DNA of 64,000 nucleotides from the NCBI GenBank assembly GCA_017577945.2, contig PKQS02000010.1, positions 4,456 through 68,455 on the forward strand, read 5' to 3'. The notes under the pieces were generated by a model. It was not told where the DNA came from. It searched no databases and saw only the letters and a list, made by a program, of their open reading frames with translations. Position numbers and translations under genes: made by a program. Of the stretch, positions 17,202 to 28,187 are shown one piece after another. This stretch comes from Bacillota bacterium (lineage in GTDB: Bacteria > Bacillota > Limnochordia > Limnochordales > ZCTH02-B6). Each line of letters opens with the position of its first letter. Position 1 is the stretch's first letter.

Positions 17202-18116
17202 CTACCTCCTTCGCGATGGAGAAGCTTGTCTGCGCGTCAGCACGTCGATGCGCGGCTCCTCGGCCCACGCCTGTTCGCCCAAGGGTACCTCGTCCGCCGC
17301 CGCAGGCGCGAGGGCTGCCCGCTCGGCCGCCTGCCGGACGTCGGACACCGCCGCCTGTCCCAAAAGGTGCGCCGCCAGCCGGCGATACGCCTCCGCGCCC
17401 GGATGGCTCGGCATGTACGTCAGGATGGACTGGCCCAGCGCCGCCGCTTCGGAAAACCGCACCGACCTGGGCACGATGCAGTCCAACAGCACGGGCGCAC
17501 GGTCCTGGAAGCGCTCCGCCAGCCGCTCCAGCTCCGACCGCACGTGTCGCAACCGCCCGTCGTACATCGTGGGTAACAGGCCCACCACCTGCAGCCGGCT
17601 GTTGAGCTGTACCTGCACCTTGCGCACCATGCGCATCAAGACGTCCACCGCGCGGGTGGACAAATACTCGCAGACGATGGGAACGAGAAGCGCGTCAGCC
17701 GCGGCGAAGGCGTTGATGGTCAGAAGACCCAGCGACGGCTGGCAGTCCAGAAGGATGAAATCGTACTCGTCCCGCACGGGCGCCAGCATACCGGCCAGCC
17801 GCCGCTCGCGGTTGTACGCGTGGATGAGCTCCATTTCCGCCAAGGACAAGTCGATGTTGGCCGGCAGCAAGTCCGGTCCTAGGGGCGTGGGCAGCAAGAT
17901 GTCGCGGGCGTCGGCGTCTTTCACCAGCGCGTCGTACGTCGTCTTGTCCAGGTCGTCGGGGTTGCGCCCGCTCCACACCGTCAAGCTGGCCTGCGGGTCC
18001 ATGTCCACCAGCAGGACCCGGCAGCCCGCCTCGTGCAACGCCGCGCCCAAATTGGCGGCGGTCGTCGTCTTGGCGACGCCGCCCTTCTGATTGGCGATGG
18101 CAACGACCCGGCCCAT
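17202..18116 (-). CDS. ParA/Soj-family ATPase (orphan) with C-terminal extension
   Basis: ATG 18116 (MGRVVAIANQKGGVAKTT, deviant Walker A) lies 4 nt after the ABC-F stop. VDMDPQ and LLDCQPSLG motifs. About 55 extra C-terminal residues ending SPSRRR. Confidence 0.85.
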   Translation of the reverse strand: MGRVVAIANQKGGVAKTTTAANLGAALHEAGCRVLLVDMDPQASLTVWSGRNPDDLDKTTYDALVKDADARDILLPTPLGPDLLPANIDLSLAEMELIHAYNRERRLAGMLAPVRDEYDFILLDCQPSLGLLTINAFAAADALLVPIVCEYLSTRAVDVLMRMVRKVQVQLNSRLQVVGLLPTMYDGRLRHVRSELERLAERFQDRAPVLLDCIVPRSVRFSEAAALGQSILTYMPSHPGAEAYRRLAAHLLGQAAVSDVRQAAERAALAPAAADEVPLGEQAWAEEPRIDVLTRRQASPSRRR

Positions 18117-18120
18117 AGCA

Positions 18121-20145
<2,025 letters not shown>

Positions 20146-20146
20146 G

Positions 20147-20818
20147 TCAGCGTTCTTCCTTCCGCCCGTCCAAGCCGTGCCGCACCGCCCAAGCCGCCGC
20201 CGCGGCCCGGTTGTGGAGCTGAAGCTTGCCCAGGATGTTGCTCACGTAGTTGCGCACGGTCTTTTCGCTCAGGAAAAGCTCGTTGGCGATCTCGCGGTTC
20301 GTCTTGCCCTGGGCGATGAGAGTCAAGATCTTCTGTTCCTGCTCGGTCAGCGCCTCGCCACCGGGAATGGCCGGGCCGTCGCCGCCGGTCGCGCCGGAGC
20401 GGAACCGTTCCAAAATCTTGCCGGTGATGCCGGGATCCAGCAGCGACTCGCCTTTATGCACGCGCCGGATGGCTTCCACCAACTCTTGCGTGCCGATCTG
20501 CTTCAGGACGTAGCCGCTCGCCCCCGCCATGACCGCCCCGATGACGGCTTCGTCGTCCGAGTACGACGTCAGCATGATGACCCGGATGTGCGGCCAGCGC
20601 GAGCGAATGACGCGGCACGCCTCGATGCCGCTGCCGCCGGGCATGCGGATGTCCATGATGACCACGTCGGGCTGCTTTTCGGCCACCACCTGCTCGGCCT
20701 CCGCCGCCGAGCCCGCCTCGCCGACGACCTCCAAGTCGGCCACCCGGTTCAGCAGCGTCTTCAGGCCTAACCGCACCACCTCATGATCGTCCACAATCAC
20801 GACACGAATCGCGTCCAA
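20147..20818 (-). CDS. response regulator, NarL/LuxR (DegU-like) family
   Basis: TTG start 20818 after GGAGGGG. Receiver VDDH...D...MDIRMPG and C-terminal HTH LTEQEQKILTLIAQGKTNREIA. Confidence 0.9.
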   Translation of the reverse strand: MDAIRVVIVDDHEVVRLGLKTLLNRVADLEVVGEAGSAAEAEQVVAEKQPDVVIMDIRMPGGSGIEACRVIRSRWPHIRVIMLTSYSDDEAVIGAVMAGASGYVLKQIGTQELVEAIRRVHKGESLLDPGITGKILERFRSGATGGDGPAIPGGEALTEQEQKILTLIAQGKTNREIANELFLSEKTVRNYVSNILGKLQLHNRAAAAAWAVRHGLDGRKEER

Positions 20819-20866
20819 TGTTCACCCCTCCGTTTCCGCCGCGCCGCCTTCCCCGACCTCCCACGC

Positions 20867-22372
20867 CTAACGACTCAAACTCCTGGCCAGCTGGCCCGCC
20901 GGTGCTACGGCCGCTTCCAGCGGCACCGTTACCGCCACCGTGGTGCCCCTGCCCGGCGCACTGTCGATGCGCACGCGGCCGCCCATCAGCTGCGCCCGCT
21001 GCCGCATGTTGCGCAAGCCCTGCCCCGTCGCGTGCTCCGCCTGCTCCAGCGAAAAGCCGCTGCCGTCGTCCGTCACGGCGACGCTGACCTCGGAAGGCCC
21101 CGCGTCGACGACGATGCGAATCCGGCTGGCTTTGCCGTGGCGAATGGCGTTGGTGATGGATTCGCGCGTAATCTGCCGTAGATGGTTCAGCACTTCCGGC
21201 CGCAGCACCGTGGCCGCATCGCCGCGCGTCTCCAGCGTCACCGACACCCCGAACGCGGCCCGGAACTCGCCGGCGATTTGCGCCAGCGCTTCTTGCAGCG
21301 TCCGCTGCTCGTCCCGGGGCGAGCGCAAGTTGGCGATGTAGTGGCGGATGTCGCGGATGGATTCGTTCAAGATTTCCAGCACGAACTGCAGGCGCAGCTT
21401 GCACTCGGCCGGATCTTCCTCAAGTTGCTCCTTGATGGCCTCCAAATTCAGCCCGACGGCGTACAGCCGCTGGATAATGCCGTCGTGCAGCTCCCGGGCG
21501 ATGCGGTCTCGTTCCTCCAGCACCGCCTCGACCCGCTCCGCTTCTTCCATGCGCCGCGCTTGCTCGACGTTGAACACTTCCAGCATGCGGGTGACGAAAT
21601 AGATGATGGCCAGGCCGGCCAGCCCCCGCAGCAGCTCCGCGGGCAAGCCGGTGAGTTCAAAGAACGTCTCGGTGTTCAAATGCCGCGCCGGGAAAAAGTC
21701 GGCGTACGGCACCACCAGGCCCCCGGCCACGGCGAACAAGCCGAACGACAGCACCGACATGCGCAGCATCGCCAGCAGGTGCGGCGTGCCCATGCGGCGG
21801 AACTCGTCGGCCTGCCGGCTCAGCCCGTAGCAGGTGATGAGACCCCCCGGAAACGCCAGCATGAGGCGGGACCAGGCGTCGCCCGCGTCCAGCCAGTCTA
21901 CGATAGACACGCTTTCCTGCAAGAACGGGCCGTTCCACAGGTACAAGGCCAGCCAAACGCCGAACACCACCCAGGCGAGGGCGGGCAGAAACTGATAGCG
22001 CTTGGGCAGTCCCTCGGCCGCCAGGCGCAGGCCGAACTGCATCAGGAAGGCGAAGGACATGGCCAGCAGCGTGCCGTGCATGACCCAGAGCGCCAAAATT
22101 CGTTCGGGGCGCAAGTAGGTGGCTTGAATCGGAATGAAGACGGGACCCCATTCGGCTACGCCGTGCAGCAGCCCAAAGCTGCCCAGCAGCGGCAAAGCGC
22201 GCGCCATCGTCAGTTGGCTCGGGCGGCGCGCCTGCAGCGTCAAGGCGAAGCCCAGCAAAAAGAAAACGAGGCCGTAGCCGAACACGACTACGATTTCATT
22301 GGTGCTGAAAAATTCGCGCAGAGAGGCCACGGCGGCGTCGGCGCACCACCTTTCATTTGTACATTGTACCAT
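20867..22372 (-). CDS. sensor histidine kinase (HisKA_3/NarX-DegS type) with multi-TM N-terminal sensor
   Basis: H-box RIARELHDGIIQ and the ATPase domain (ESITNAIRHG, DDGSGF, GLRNMRQRA). About 7 hydrophobic segments at the N-terminus. The start is uncertain: ATG 22372 has no SD, and GTG 22330 is an alternative. Confidence 0.85.
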   Translation of the reverse strand: MVQCTNERWCADAAVASLREFFSTNEIVVVFGYGLVFFLLGFALTLQARRPSQLTMARALPLLGSFGLLHGVAEWGPVFIPIQATYLRPERILALWVMHGTLLAMSFAFLMQFGLRLAAEGLPKRYQFLPALAWVVFGVWLALYLWNGPFLQESVSIVDWLDAGDAWSRLMLAFPGGLITCYGLSRQADEFRRMGTPHLLAMLRMSVLSFGLFAVAGGLVVPYADFFPARHLNTETFFELTGLPAELLRGLAGLAIIYFVTRMLEVFNVEQARRMEEAERVEAVLEERDRIARELHDGIIQRLYAVGLNLEAIKEQLEEDPAECKLRLQFVLEILNESIRDIRHYIANLRSPRDEQRTLQEALAQIAGEFRAAFGVSVTLETRGDAATVLRPEVLNHLRQITRESITNAIRHGKASRIRIVVDAGPSEVSVAVTDDGSGFSLEQAEHATGQGLRNMRQRAQLMGGRVRIDSAPGRGTTVAVTVPLEAAVAPAGQLARSLSR

Positions 22373-22382
22373 ATGGTATACT
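22357..22382. promoter_or_regulatory. back-to-back extended -10 promoters sharing a 12-bp palindrome
   Basis: Plus strand TATGGTATACT (22372-22382). Minus strand TATGGTACAAT (complement of 22363-22373). Perfect palindrome TACCATATGGTA at 22367-22378. Tandem TTGTACA/TTGTACC at 22357-22370. Confidence 0.55.
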
Positions 22383-22416
22383 GAGAGACGCCACTTGGGC
22401 GGAAGGAGGCTTTTCC

Positions 22417-22953
22417 ATGGCCAAAGTGCGCGGCGGTCATGTGGATCCGTCCTGTTACGATGAACAACGGGCAGAGGGACTTTTGCCCATTGTCTCGGCG
22501 CAGCACGCGTACGGCGGCCGGGGCGCGCGGCTGACGGCCATCGTCGTCGACGGCGACCAGGCATGGTTTGACGAGGCGGCGCTGCACGGCCGGACCGCCC
22601 TGGAGCAGTCCATCCGCTGGGTCAAGTCGCCGGAGGAAGTGCCGAACGGCCGGACGATCCATCCGGTGTGGGTTTATATCCGGCCGGCGGCCGGAGGCGG
22701 CTTCCGCTATTACGGCCTCGTGGCGGTCTCGATGCTGATCGACGAAGAGAACGGCGTCGGCTACAAGAACTTGGCGGACCACGTCAACAAGCTGTCCAAA
22801 GCGATGAACGGCGCCGTCGACGTGTCGGCGCTGGACGATCGCGGCCTGGCGGCGTTGCGGGCGGCGCTGAGCCAGTATCCGGAAGTGCTGGAGAACTCGT
22901 CGGACGAGCTGAAGGCGGCCATCGGGCTGCAGACGGCGCCGGCGGACGCTTGA
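22417..22953 (+). CDS. hypothetical protein (178 aa)
   Basis: ATG 22417 lies 7 nt after GGAAGGAGG. Protein-like composition, no motif I recognise. Confidence 0.6.
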   Translation: MAKVRGGHVDPSCYDEQRAEGLLPIVSAQHAYGGRGARLTAIVVDGDQAWFDEAALHGRTALEQSIRWVKSPEEVPNGRTIHPVWVYIRPAAGGGFRYYGLVAVSMLIDEENGVGYKNLADHVNKLSKAMNGAVDVSALDDRGLAALRAALSQYPEVLENSSDELKAAIGLQTAPADA

Positions 22954-23095
22954 GCGGCGGCGTCCCTGCGCGTTTTCGGGGAGCCCCGATTGCCGCCTGT
23001 GCAGTAGGGACCTTTATGCGCGTTTACGCAGGGCGCCGGGGCTGAACGGGCGCTTCCGGCGCCTTAGGCCGCCGGCGCAGCGGGCAAGCTAAGGG

Positions 23096-24253
23096 ATGAT
23101 GAAGACGACCCTCCGCCTGGCCGACTTGTGGGCGAAAGCCGTCTACGCCCGCCGCATCGCGCGCGGCGTGCTGCCGCGCACCGCCGCCGAGCTGGCGCGC
23201 TGGCGACGGCGCATCGACGCGATTCCCGACGCCGAGCTGCGCCGGCAGGCGCTGGCCAGCATCACCCACAAGCGCTTCCACGCCGAAGGCGGCAGCGTCT
23301 ACGCGGCGCTGGCGCCGGCGCACGCCGGCACGCTCGTCTCGCTCATCGTGGCGCTGCAGACCATCTCCGACTATCTCGACAACTTGTGCGACCGCAGCGG
23401 ATCGCTGGACGAAGACAATTTTCGGATCCTCCACCAGGCGATGCTGGACGCGGTGAACGGCTCGCCGCCCGGTACGCCGTTGGGCTGCGCCGCGCCGCCG
23501 GCCGCCGCGGCGCAGCGGGGCCCCGACGCCGGGTCCGCCTCCGGCGCCGCCAGCTACTACGCGCGGCACCCCCATAAAGAGGACGGCGGCTACCTGGCCG
23601 CCCTCGTCGACGAGTGCCGCCGCTGCACGGCGGCGCTGCCCGCCTATGACGTGGTCCGCCCACACGTGCTGCGGCTCGTGGAGCTGTACAACGACTTGCA
23701 AGTGTACAAGCACGGTCCTCATGCGGGGCGCGTCGGCCGGATGGAAGCGTGGTTCGCGAAAAAAGGCGCCCCGTGGCCCGGCCTTTTCTGGTGGGAGTTC
23801 GCCGCGGCCTCGGGTTCGACGCTGGGCGTGTTTGCGCTGTTCACCGCCGCGACGAACCCCGCGCTGACCCCCCAGGACGCGGAGCGCATCGTCCTCGCCT
23901 ATTTCCCTTGGATTTGCGGCTTGCACATCCTGCTCGATTACCTCATTGACCAGCAGGAGGACGTGGAAGGCGGCGACTTGAACTTGGTCAGCTTCTATCC
24001 GGATCGCGGCACGATGCGGCGCCGGCTCGTCTATTTCGTGCAGCAAGCCCGCCGCGCCGCGCAGACCTTGCCCGATGCCGCCTTTCACGTCTCCATCGTC
24101 CAAGGGCTGCCGGGCTTGTACCTGTCGGACGGAAAAGTGCGCCGCCAGCGCCTGAGCCTTTTGGCGTGGACGCTCCTGCGCGCCGCGGGCCCCTCCAGCT
24201 TCGCGTATTATGCCTGGTGCCGCCGACTGCGCCGCGCCATGCCGGCGCCGTAG
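23096..24253 (+). CDS. ytpB: tetraprenyl-beta-curcumene synthase family protein (YtpB/DUF2600)
   Basis: ISDYLDNLCD and LLDYLIDQQED Asp-rich motifs and the overall layout match my memory of the Bacillus YtpB family. Confidence 0.7.
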   Translation: MMKTTLRLADLWAKAVYARRIARGVLPRTAAELARWRRRIDAIPDAELRRQALASITHKRFHAEGGSVYAALAPAHAGTLVSLIVALQTISDYLDNLCDRSGSLDEDNFRILHQAMLDAVNGSPPGTPLGCAAPPAAAAQRGPDAGSASGAASYYARHPHKEDGGYLAALVDECRRCTAALPAYDVVRPHVLRLVELYNDLQVYKHGPHAGRVGRMEAWFAKKGAPWPGLFWWEFAAASGSTLGVFALFTAATNPALTPQDAERIVLAYFPWICGLHILLDYLIDQQEDVEGGDLNLVSFYPDRGTMRRRLVYFVQQARRAAQTLPDAAFHVSIVQGLPGLYLSDGKVRRQRLSLLAWTLLRAAGPSSFAYYAWCRRLRRAMPAP

Positions 24254-24370
24254 ACGCACAGCGCCGCCTCGCGCCGGCCCGTGGCCAAGCCGCTGGCTGC
24301 CCGTGCCGCCCGGCCTGCGCCCGCCACCCGGTCGGCGCCCCGTCCTCGGCCGCCGCGCCCGCGGCCCGCC

Positions 24371-25270
24371 TCACGCCGGGGCCAGAGGATACTTCTCCCG
24401 CACCAGATCCAGGAACGCCCGCACAGGCGCGCTCAGGTGCCGGCCGCGGCGGACGATAAGCGACGTCGTGCGCGCCAGCTCGCCGAAGCGTTCGATGCGC
24501 AGCTCCACCAAGCGGCCCTGCTCGAGATCGCGCGCCACGACCGACCACGGCATCATGGCCACGCCCAAGCCCGCCAACACCATGGCTTTCACGGCCTCGT
24601 GGCTGTCGAATTCCATGATGACGTCGGGCGTGATGCCCGCGGCGTCGAAGCTCGCGTCCACGTAGCGGCGGAACTTGGAGGCGCGCTCGTAGGCGATCAT
24701 GGGCATGCCGGCCAGCTCGGCGGGCTGAACGGCCTGCCGCTGCGCCCACGGCGTGTCGGGACGGGCAACAAGCACGATGCGGTCTCGAAACAGCGGTATC
24801 GTCTCCAGCAGTTCGTGGGTCACCGGAATCGTTACCAGCCCCACGTCGATTTCGCTGCGCAGCACCATCTGCACCACCTCGTCGATGTCCCCCGTGCGCA
24901 CGTGCACGGTGACGAGCGGGTGCCGCTTGCAAAATGCGCCGAGAATGTCCGGCAGCGTGAACACGGCCACCGTCGGCACGGCGCCGATGAACAGCCGCCC
25001 CGATCCCGGCACCGCCAGCGCCGCCAGCGCCCCGTGCATCTCCTCGATGGCGTGCAGGATGCGCTTGGCGTGGGAGTACACGATTTCCCCCGCCGGTGTC
25101 AGCGCCACTCGCCGCCCCGCCCGCACGAACAGGGGTGTCCCGATGCGCTCCTCCAGCGTCTTCACCTGCTTGCTGACCGCCGGCTGGCTCATGTCCAGCA
25201 GCTCCGCGGCGCGGGTAAACCCGCCCTCGTCGACGACCGTGCAGAACGTGATGAGCTGCTGCAACAGCAT
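24371..25270 (-). CDS. LysR family transcriptional regulator
   Basis: N-terminal HTH MLLQQLITFCTVVDEGGFTRAAELLDMSQPAVSKQVKTLE and a C-terminal substrate-binding domain. Confidence 0.9.
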   Translation of the reverse strand: MLLQQLITFCTVVDEGGFTRAAELLDMSQPAVSKQVKTLEERIGTPLFVRAGRRVALTPAGEIVYSHAKRILHAIEEMHGALAALAVPGSGRLFIGAVPTVAVFTLPDILGAFCKRHPLVTVHVRTGDIDEVVQMVLRSEIDVGLVTIPVTHELLETIPLFRDRIVLVARPDTPWAQRQAVQPAELAGMPMIAYERASKFRRYVDASFDAAGITPDVIMEFDSHEAVKAMVLAGLGVAMMPWSVVARDLEQGRLVELRIERFGELARTTSLIVRRGRHLSAPVRAFLDLVREKYPLAPA

Positions 25271-25348
25271 GGCTGCCCCACCCCGCTATGCGGCCTCGCC
25301 AGGCGTATTTTGATTACGTTACGGAATCGAAAAGATGAAACGAATTTA

Positions 25349-25378
25349 TTGGCATTATACGTGATTGCGCGTTAGAAT
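25349..25378 (+). promoter_or_regulatory. promoter TTGGCA-18-TAGAAT upstream of korAB
   Basis: Lies in the AT-rich island between the divergent lysR-type gene and korA. -35 at 25349-25354, -10 at 25373-25378. Confidence 0.55.
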
Positions 25379-25463
25379 AAAAGAGAATCACGCCGGGGAG
25401 CATCGCGCCCCTGTCTTCGTCAGCGGCGAGACGCCCCCGCACTACGCTGAGAGGCGAGGGGTC

Positions 25464-27248
25464 ATGCGCGAAAGACACTTGGTGGCCTGGAGGATCGGCG
25501 GCGAGCAAGGCCAGGGCATCGACTCCACCGGCGAGATGCTCGCAACGGTCTGCAACAGGCTGGGCTACTACATCTACGGGTATCGCCACTTTTCTTCCCG
25601 CATCAAAGGCGGCCACTCCAACTACAAAATCCGGATCAGCACCGAGCCGGTGCTCTCCACCAGCAGCGACACCGACGTCTTAGTAGCCATCGACCAGGAA
25701 ACCATCGATCGCAACCACCATGAACTGGTTCCGGGCAGCATCGTCATCGCGGACGCTCGCTTCTCGCCGCAATTGCCCGAAGGCTGCCCGGCGCGGCTGC
25801 TGCCCGTTCCGCTGACGCAAATCGCGCAAGACCTGGGGGACGCCGTGATGCGCAACACGGTGTCGCTGGGCGTTTCGGCGTACTTGCTCGGCTTGCCGCT
25901 GCAAGAATTTGAAAAGGCGCTGCAAGAGCGGTTCGCAAAGCGCCCCGAGCTGGCGGAGAAAAACGTGGCCGTCTTGCGGGCGGGCTACGAGTACGCGCAG
26001 GAGCATTTGCCGCGGCTGGAGTGGACGCTGGCACCGGGCGACGGCAAGGCACGGCTCATCATGATGGGCAACGATGCCGTCGCGCTGGGCGCGGTCGCGG
26101 CGGGCTGCCGCTTCTGCGCCGCGTATCCGATTACGCCCGCGTCCGAGATCATGGAAAACATGATGGCCATCCTGCCGCGGTTCGGCGGCGTCGTGGTCCA
26201 GGCCGAGGACGAGATCGCGGCCATTTCGGCCTGCATCGGAGCCGGCTTCGCCGGCGCTCGGGCGCTGACGGCCACGGCCGGGCCGGGCATCTCGCTGATG
26301 CAGGAGGCCATCGGGCTGGCGCATGCGGCGGAAATTCCCCTCGTCATCGTGGACACGCAGCGGGGCGGGCCCAGCACGGGCATGCCGACCAAGCAGGAGC
26401 AAAGCGACCTGTTCGCCATCTTGTTCGGCAGCCACGGCGACACAACCCGCATCGCCCTGGCGCCCAGCACGGTGGAGGAAGCCTTCTACGACACCGTCAC
26501 GGCGTTCAACCTGGCGGACAAGTACCAGTGCCCCGTGTTTCTCGTCTCCGACCTGTCGCTGGCGCTCAACAAGCAGACCGTGGAGCAGTTGGACCTGAGC
26601 CGGGTGACGATTGACCGGGGGCTGCTGCTGACCGACGAGGAAATCGCGGCCCAAGCCGAAGAAGACGGCTTCCGGCGCTACCGCATCACGGAGTCGGGCA
26701 TCTCGCCCCGACCCCTGCCCGGACAGCCCAAAGGGCAGTACCTGGCTACAGGCGTTGAGCACAACGAGTTCGGCAAGGTGTCGGAAGACCCGCGGAACCG
26801 GGTTGCGATGATGGATAAGCGGTGGCGCAAGATCCCACAGGACCCGCGCCAGATGGGGCTGCAAGGCATCAAGTACAGCGGGCCCGCTAATCCGGACGTG
26901 CTGTTGGTCGGCATCGGCTCCACCTTCGGGCCCATCGACGACGCCCGCAAGGCGCTGTCGGCCCGGGGATTCTCGGTCGGCCACGCGCATGTGCGGGTGC
27001 TGGCCCCGCTGCCTGTGGCCGAGCTGAGCGAGCTGATGGCCAAGGCGACGCACGTCGTCGTCGTCGAGCACAACCAGCAAGGGCAGCTGCTCCAGCTCAT
27101 CGAGTACAAGGTGGGCAAGGCGCTGCGGGAGCAGGGCGTCGACTTGCCTATGATGCACAGCGTGCGCAAGTACGACGGGACGCCGTTCTTGCCGGCCGAG
27201 ATCGTGGCCCGGGCGCAAGAGGTGATCCGGTATGCTGAAGCTAGCTGA
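25464..27248 (+). CDS. korA: 2-oxoacid:ferredoxin oxidoreductase subunit alpha
   Basis: ATG 25464 after GAGGGG. GGEQGQGIDSTGE..., YPITPASEI and the alpha/gamma-fusion layout. Confidence 0.9.
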   Translation: MRERHLVAWRIGGEQGQGIDSTGEMLATVCNRLGYYIYGYRHFSSRIKGGHSNYKIRISTEPVLSTSSDTDVLVAIDQETIDRNHHELVPGSIVIADARFSPQLPEGCPARLLPVPLTQIAQDLGDAVMRNTVSLGVSAYLLGLPLQEFEKALQERFAKRPELAEKNVAVLRAGYEYAQEHLPRLEWTLAPGDGKARLIMMGNDAVALGAVAAGCRFCAAYPITPASEIMENMMAILPRFGGVVVQAEDEIAAISACIGAGFAGARALTATAGPGISLMQEAIGLAHAAEIPLVIVDTQRGGPSTGMPTKQEQSDLFAILFGSHGDTTRIALAPSTVEEAFYDTVTAFNLADKYQCPVFLVSDLSLALNKQTVEQLDLSRVTIDRGLLLTDEEIAAQAEEDGFRRYRITESGISPRPLPGQPKGQYLATGVEHNEFGKVSEDPRNRVAMMDKRWRKIPQDPRQMGLQGIKYSGPANPDVLLVGIGSTFGPIDDARKALSARGFSVGHAHVRVLAPLPVAELSELMAKATHVVVVEHNQQGQLLQLIEYKVGKALREQGVDLPMMHSVRKYDGTPFLPAEIVARAQEVIRYAEAS

Positions 27249-28095
27249 CTTCAAGACCAACGAGAAATCGTGGTGGTGCCCCGGCTGCGGCGACTTCGGC
27301 GTCCTGGCGGCGCTGCAGCGGGCTTTGGTCGATCTCGGCAAGCCGCCCCATGAAGTGGCCATCGTGGCCGGCATCGGCTGCTCGGGCAAGATCGGCAACT
27401 ACATCAACTGCTACAACTTCCACGTCGTCCACGGCCGCACGCTGCCGACGGCCATGGGCCTCAAGCTGGCCAACCGCCGCCTGACCGTCATCGCGGCCGG
27501 CGGCGACGGCGACGGCTACGCCATCGGCGGCAACCATTTCTTGCACGCGATCCGGCGCAACGTGGACATCACGTACATCGTCATGGACAACCAGATCTAC
27601 GGCCTCACGAAAGGCCAAGTGTCGCCCACCAGCGGCGTCGGCTTCGTGACGCGCTCGAGCCCGCACGGCAACATCGAGCGGCCGGTGCGGCCGCTGCAGC
27701 TGGCCATCGCCGCCGGCGCCACCTTCGTCGCCTCGGGCTTCTCCAGCGACATCAAGCAGCTGGCGTCCCTCATCAAGCAGGGCATCGAGCACAAGGGCTT
27801 CGCGCTCATCAACGTGTATTCGCCCTGCGTGACGTTCAACAAGGTGAACACGTACGACTGGTTCAAGGAGACGCTGATCAACCTGGACGAAGACCCGAAC
27901 TACGATCCGACCGATCGCGCCGCGGCGCTCGCCAAGCTCATCGAAACCGACGAGCAAGTGCGCGGGTTGGTATACAAGGCGGAGCAGCCCAGCTTTGAGG
28001 AGCTTTTCCCCGGCTTCCGCGAAGAGCCCATCGTCCACCAGGACTGGACGATGCCGCCGGAAGAGTTCGAGAAGCTGCTGGCTCGCTACCGCTGA
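27232..28095 (+). CDS. korB: 2-oxoacid:ferredoxin oxidoreductase subunit beta
   Basis: WCPGCGDFG and the TPP motif GGDGDGYAIGGNH. Overlaps korA by 17 nt. Confidence 0.9.
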   Translation: MLKLADFKTNEKSWWCPGCGDFGVLAALQRALVDLGKPPHEVAIVAGIGCSGKIGNYINCYNFHVVHGRTLPTAMGLKLANRRLTVIAAGGDGDGYAIGGNHFLHAIRRNVDITYIVMDNQIYGLTKGQVSPTSGVGFVTRSSPHGNIERPVRPLQLAIAAGATFVASGFSSDIKQLASLIKQGIEHKGFALINVYSPCVTFNKVNTYDWFKETLINLDEDPNYDPTDRAAALAKLIETDEQVRGLVYKAEQPSFEELFPGFREEPIVHQDWTMPPEEFEKLLARYR

Positions 28096-28139
28096 GCGCA
28101 CAAGACGGGTGGTACCCGTCCAAGCGAGGATTGTTGCCG

Positions 28140-28169
28140 AGCCCGGGGCGCGTGCGTCCCGGGCTTTTT
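28140..28169 (+). terminator. intrinsic terminator after korB
   Basis: AGCCCGGG / CCCGGGCT stem followed by TTTTT (28165-28169). Confidence 0.75.
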
Positions 28170-28187
28170 GGCAAGGAGGCTCAGCCG

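Noticed and set aside
28104-28120. GACGGGTGGTACCCGTC contains GGGTGGTACC, reminiscent of the T-box antiterminator sequence, and is followed by a terminator.
   Set aside because: No Stem I, specifier loop or other leader elements are possible, because the upstream sequence is the korB coding region. The motif is simply a 7-bp palindromic hairpin, and the downstream gene is not an amino-acid-related gene.
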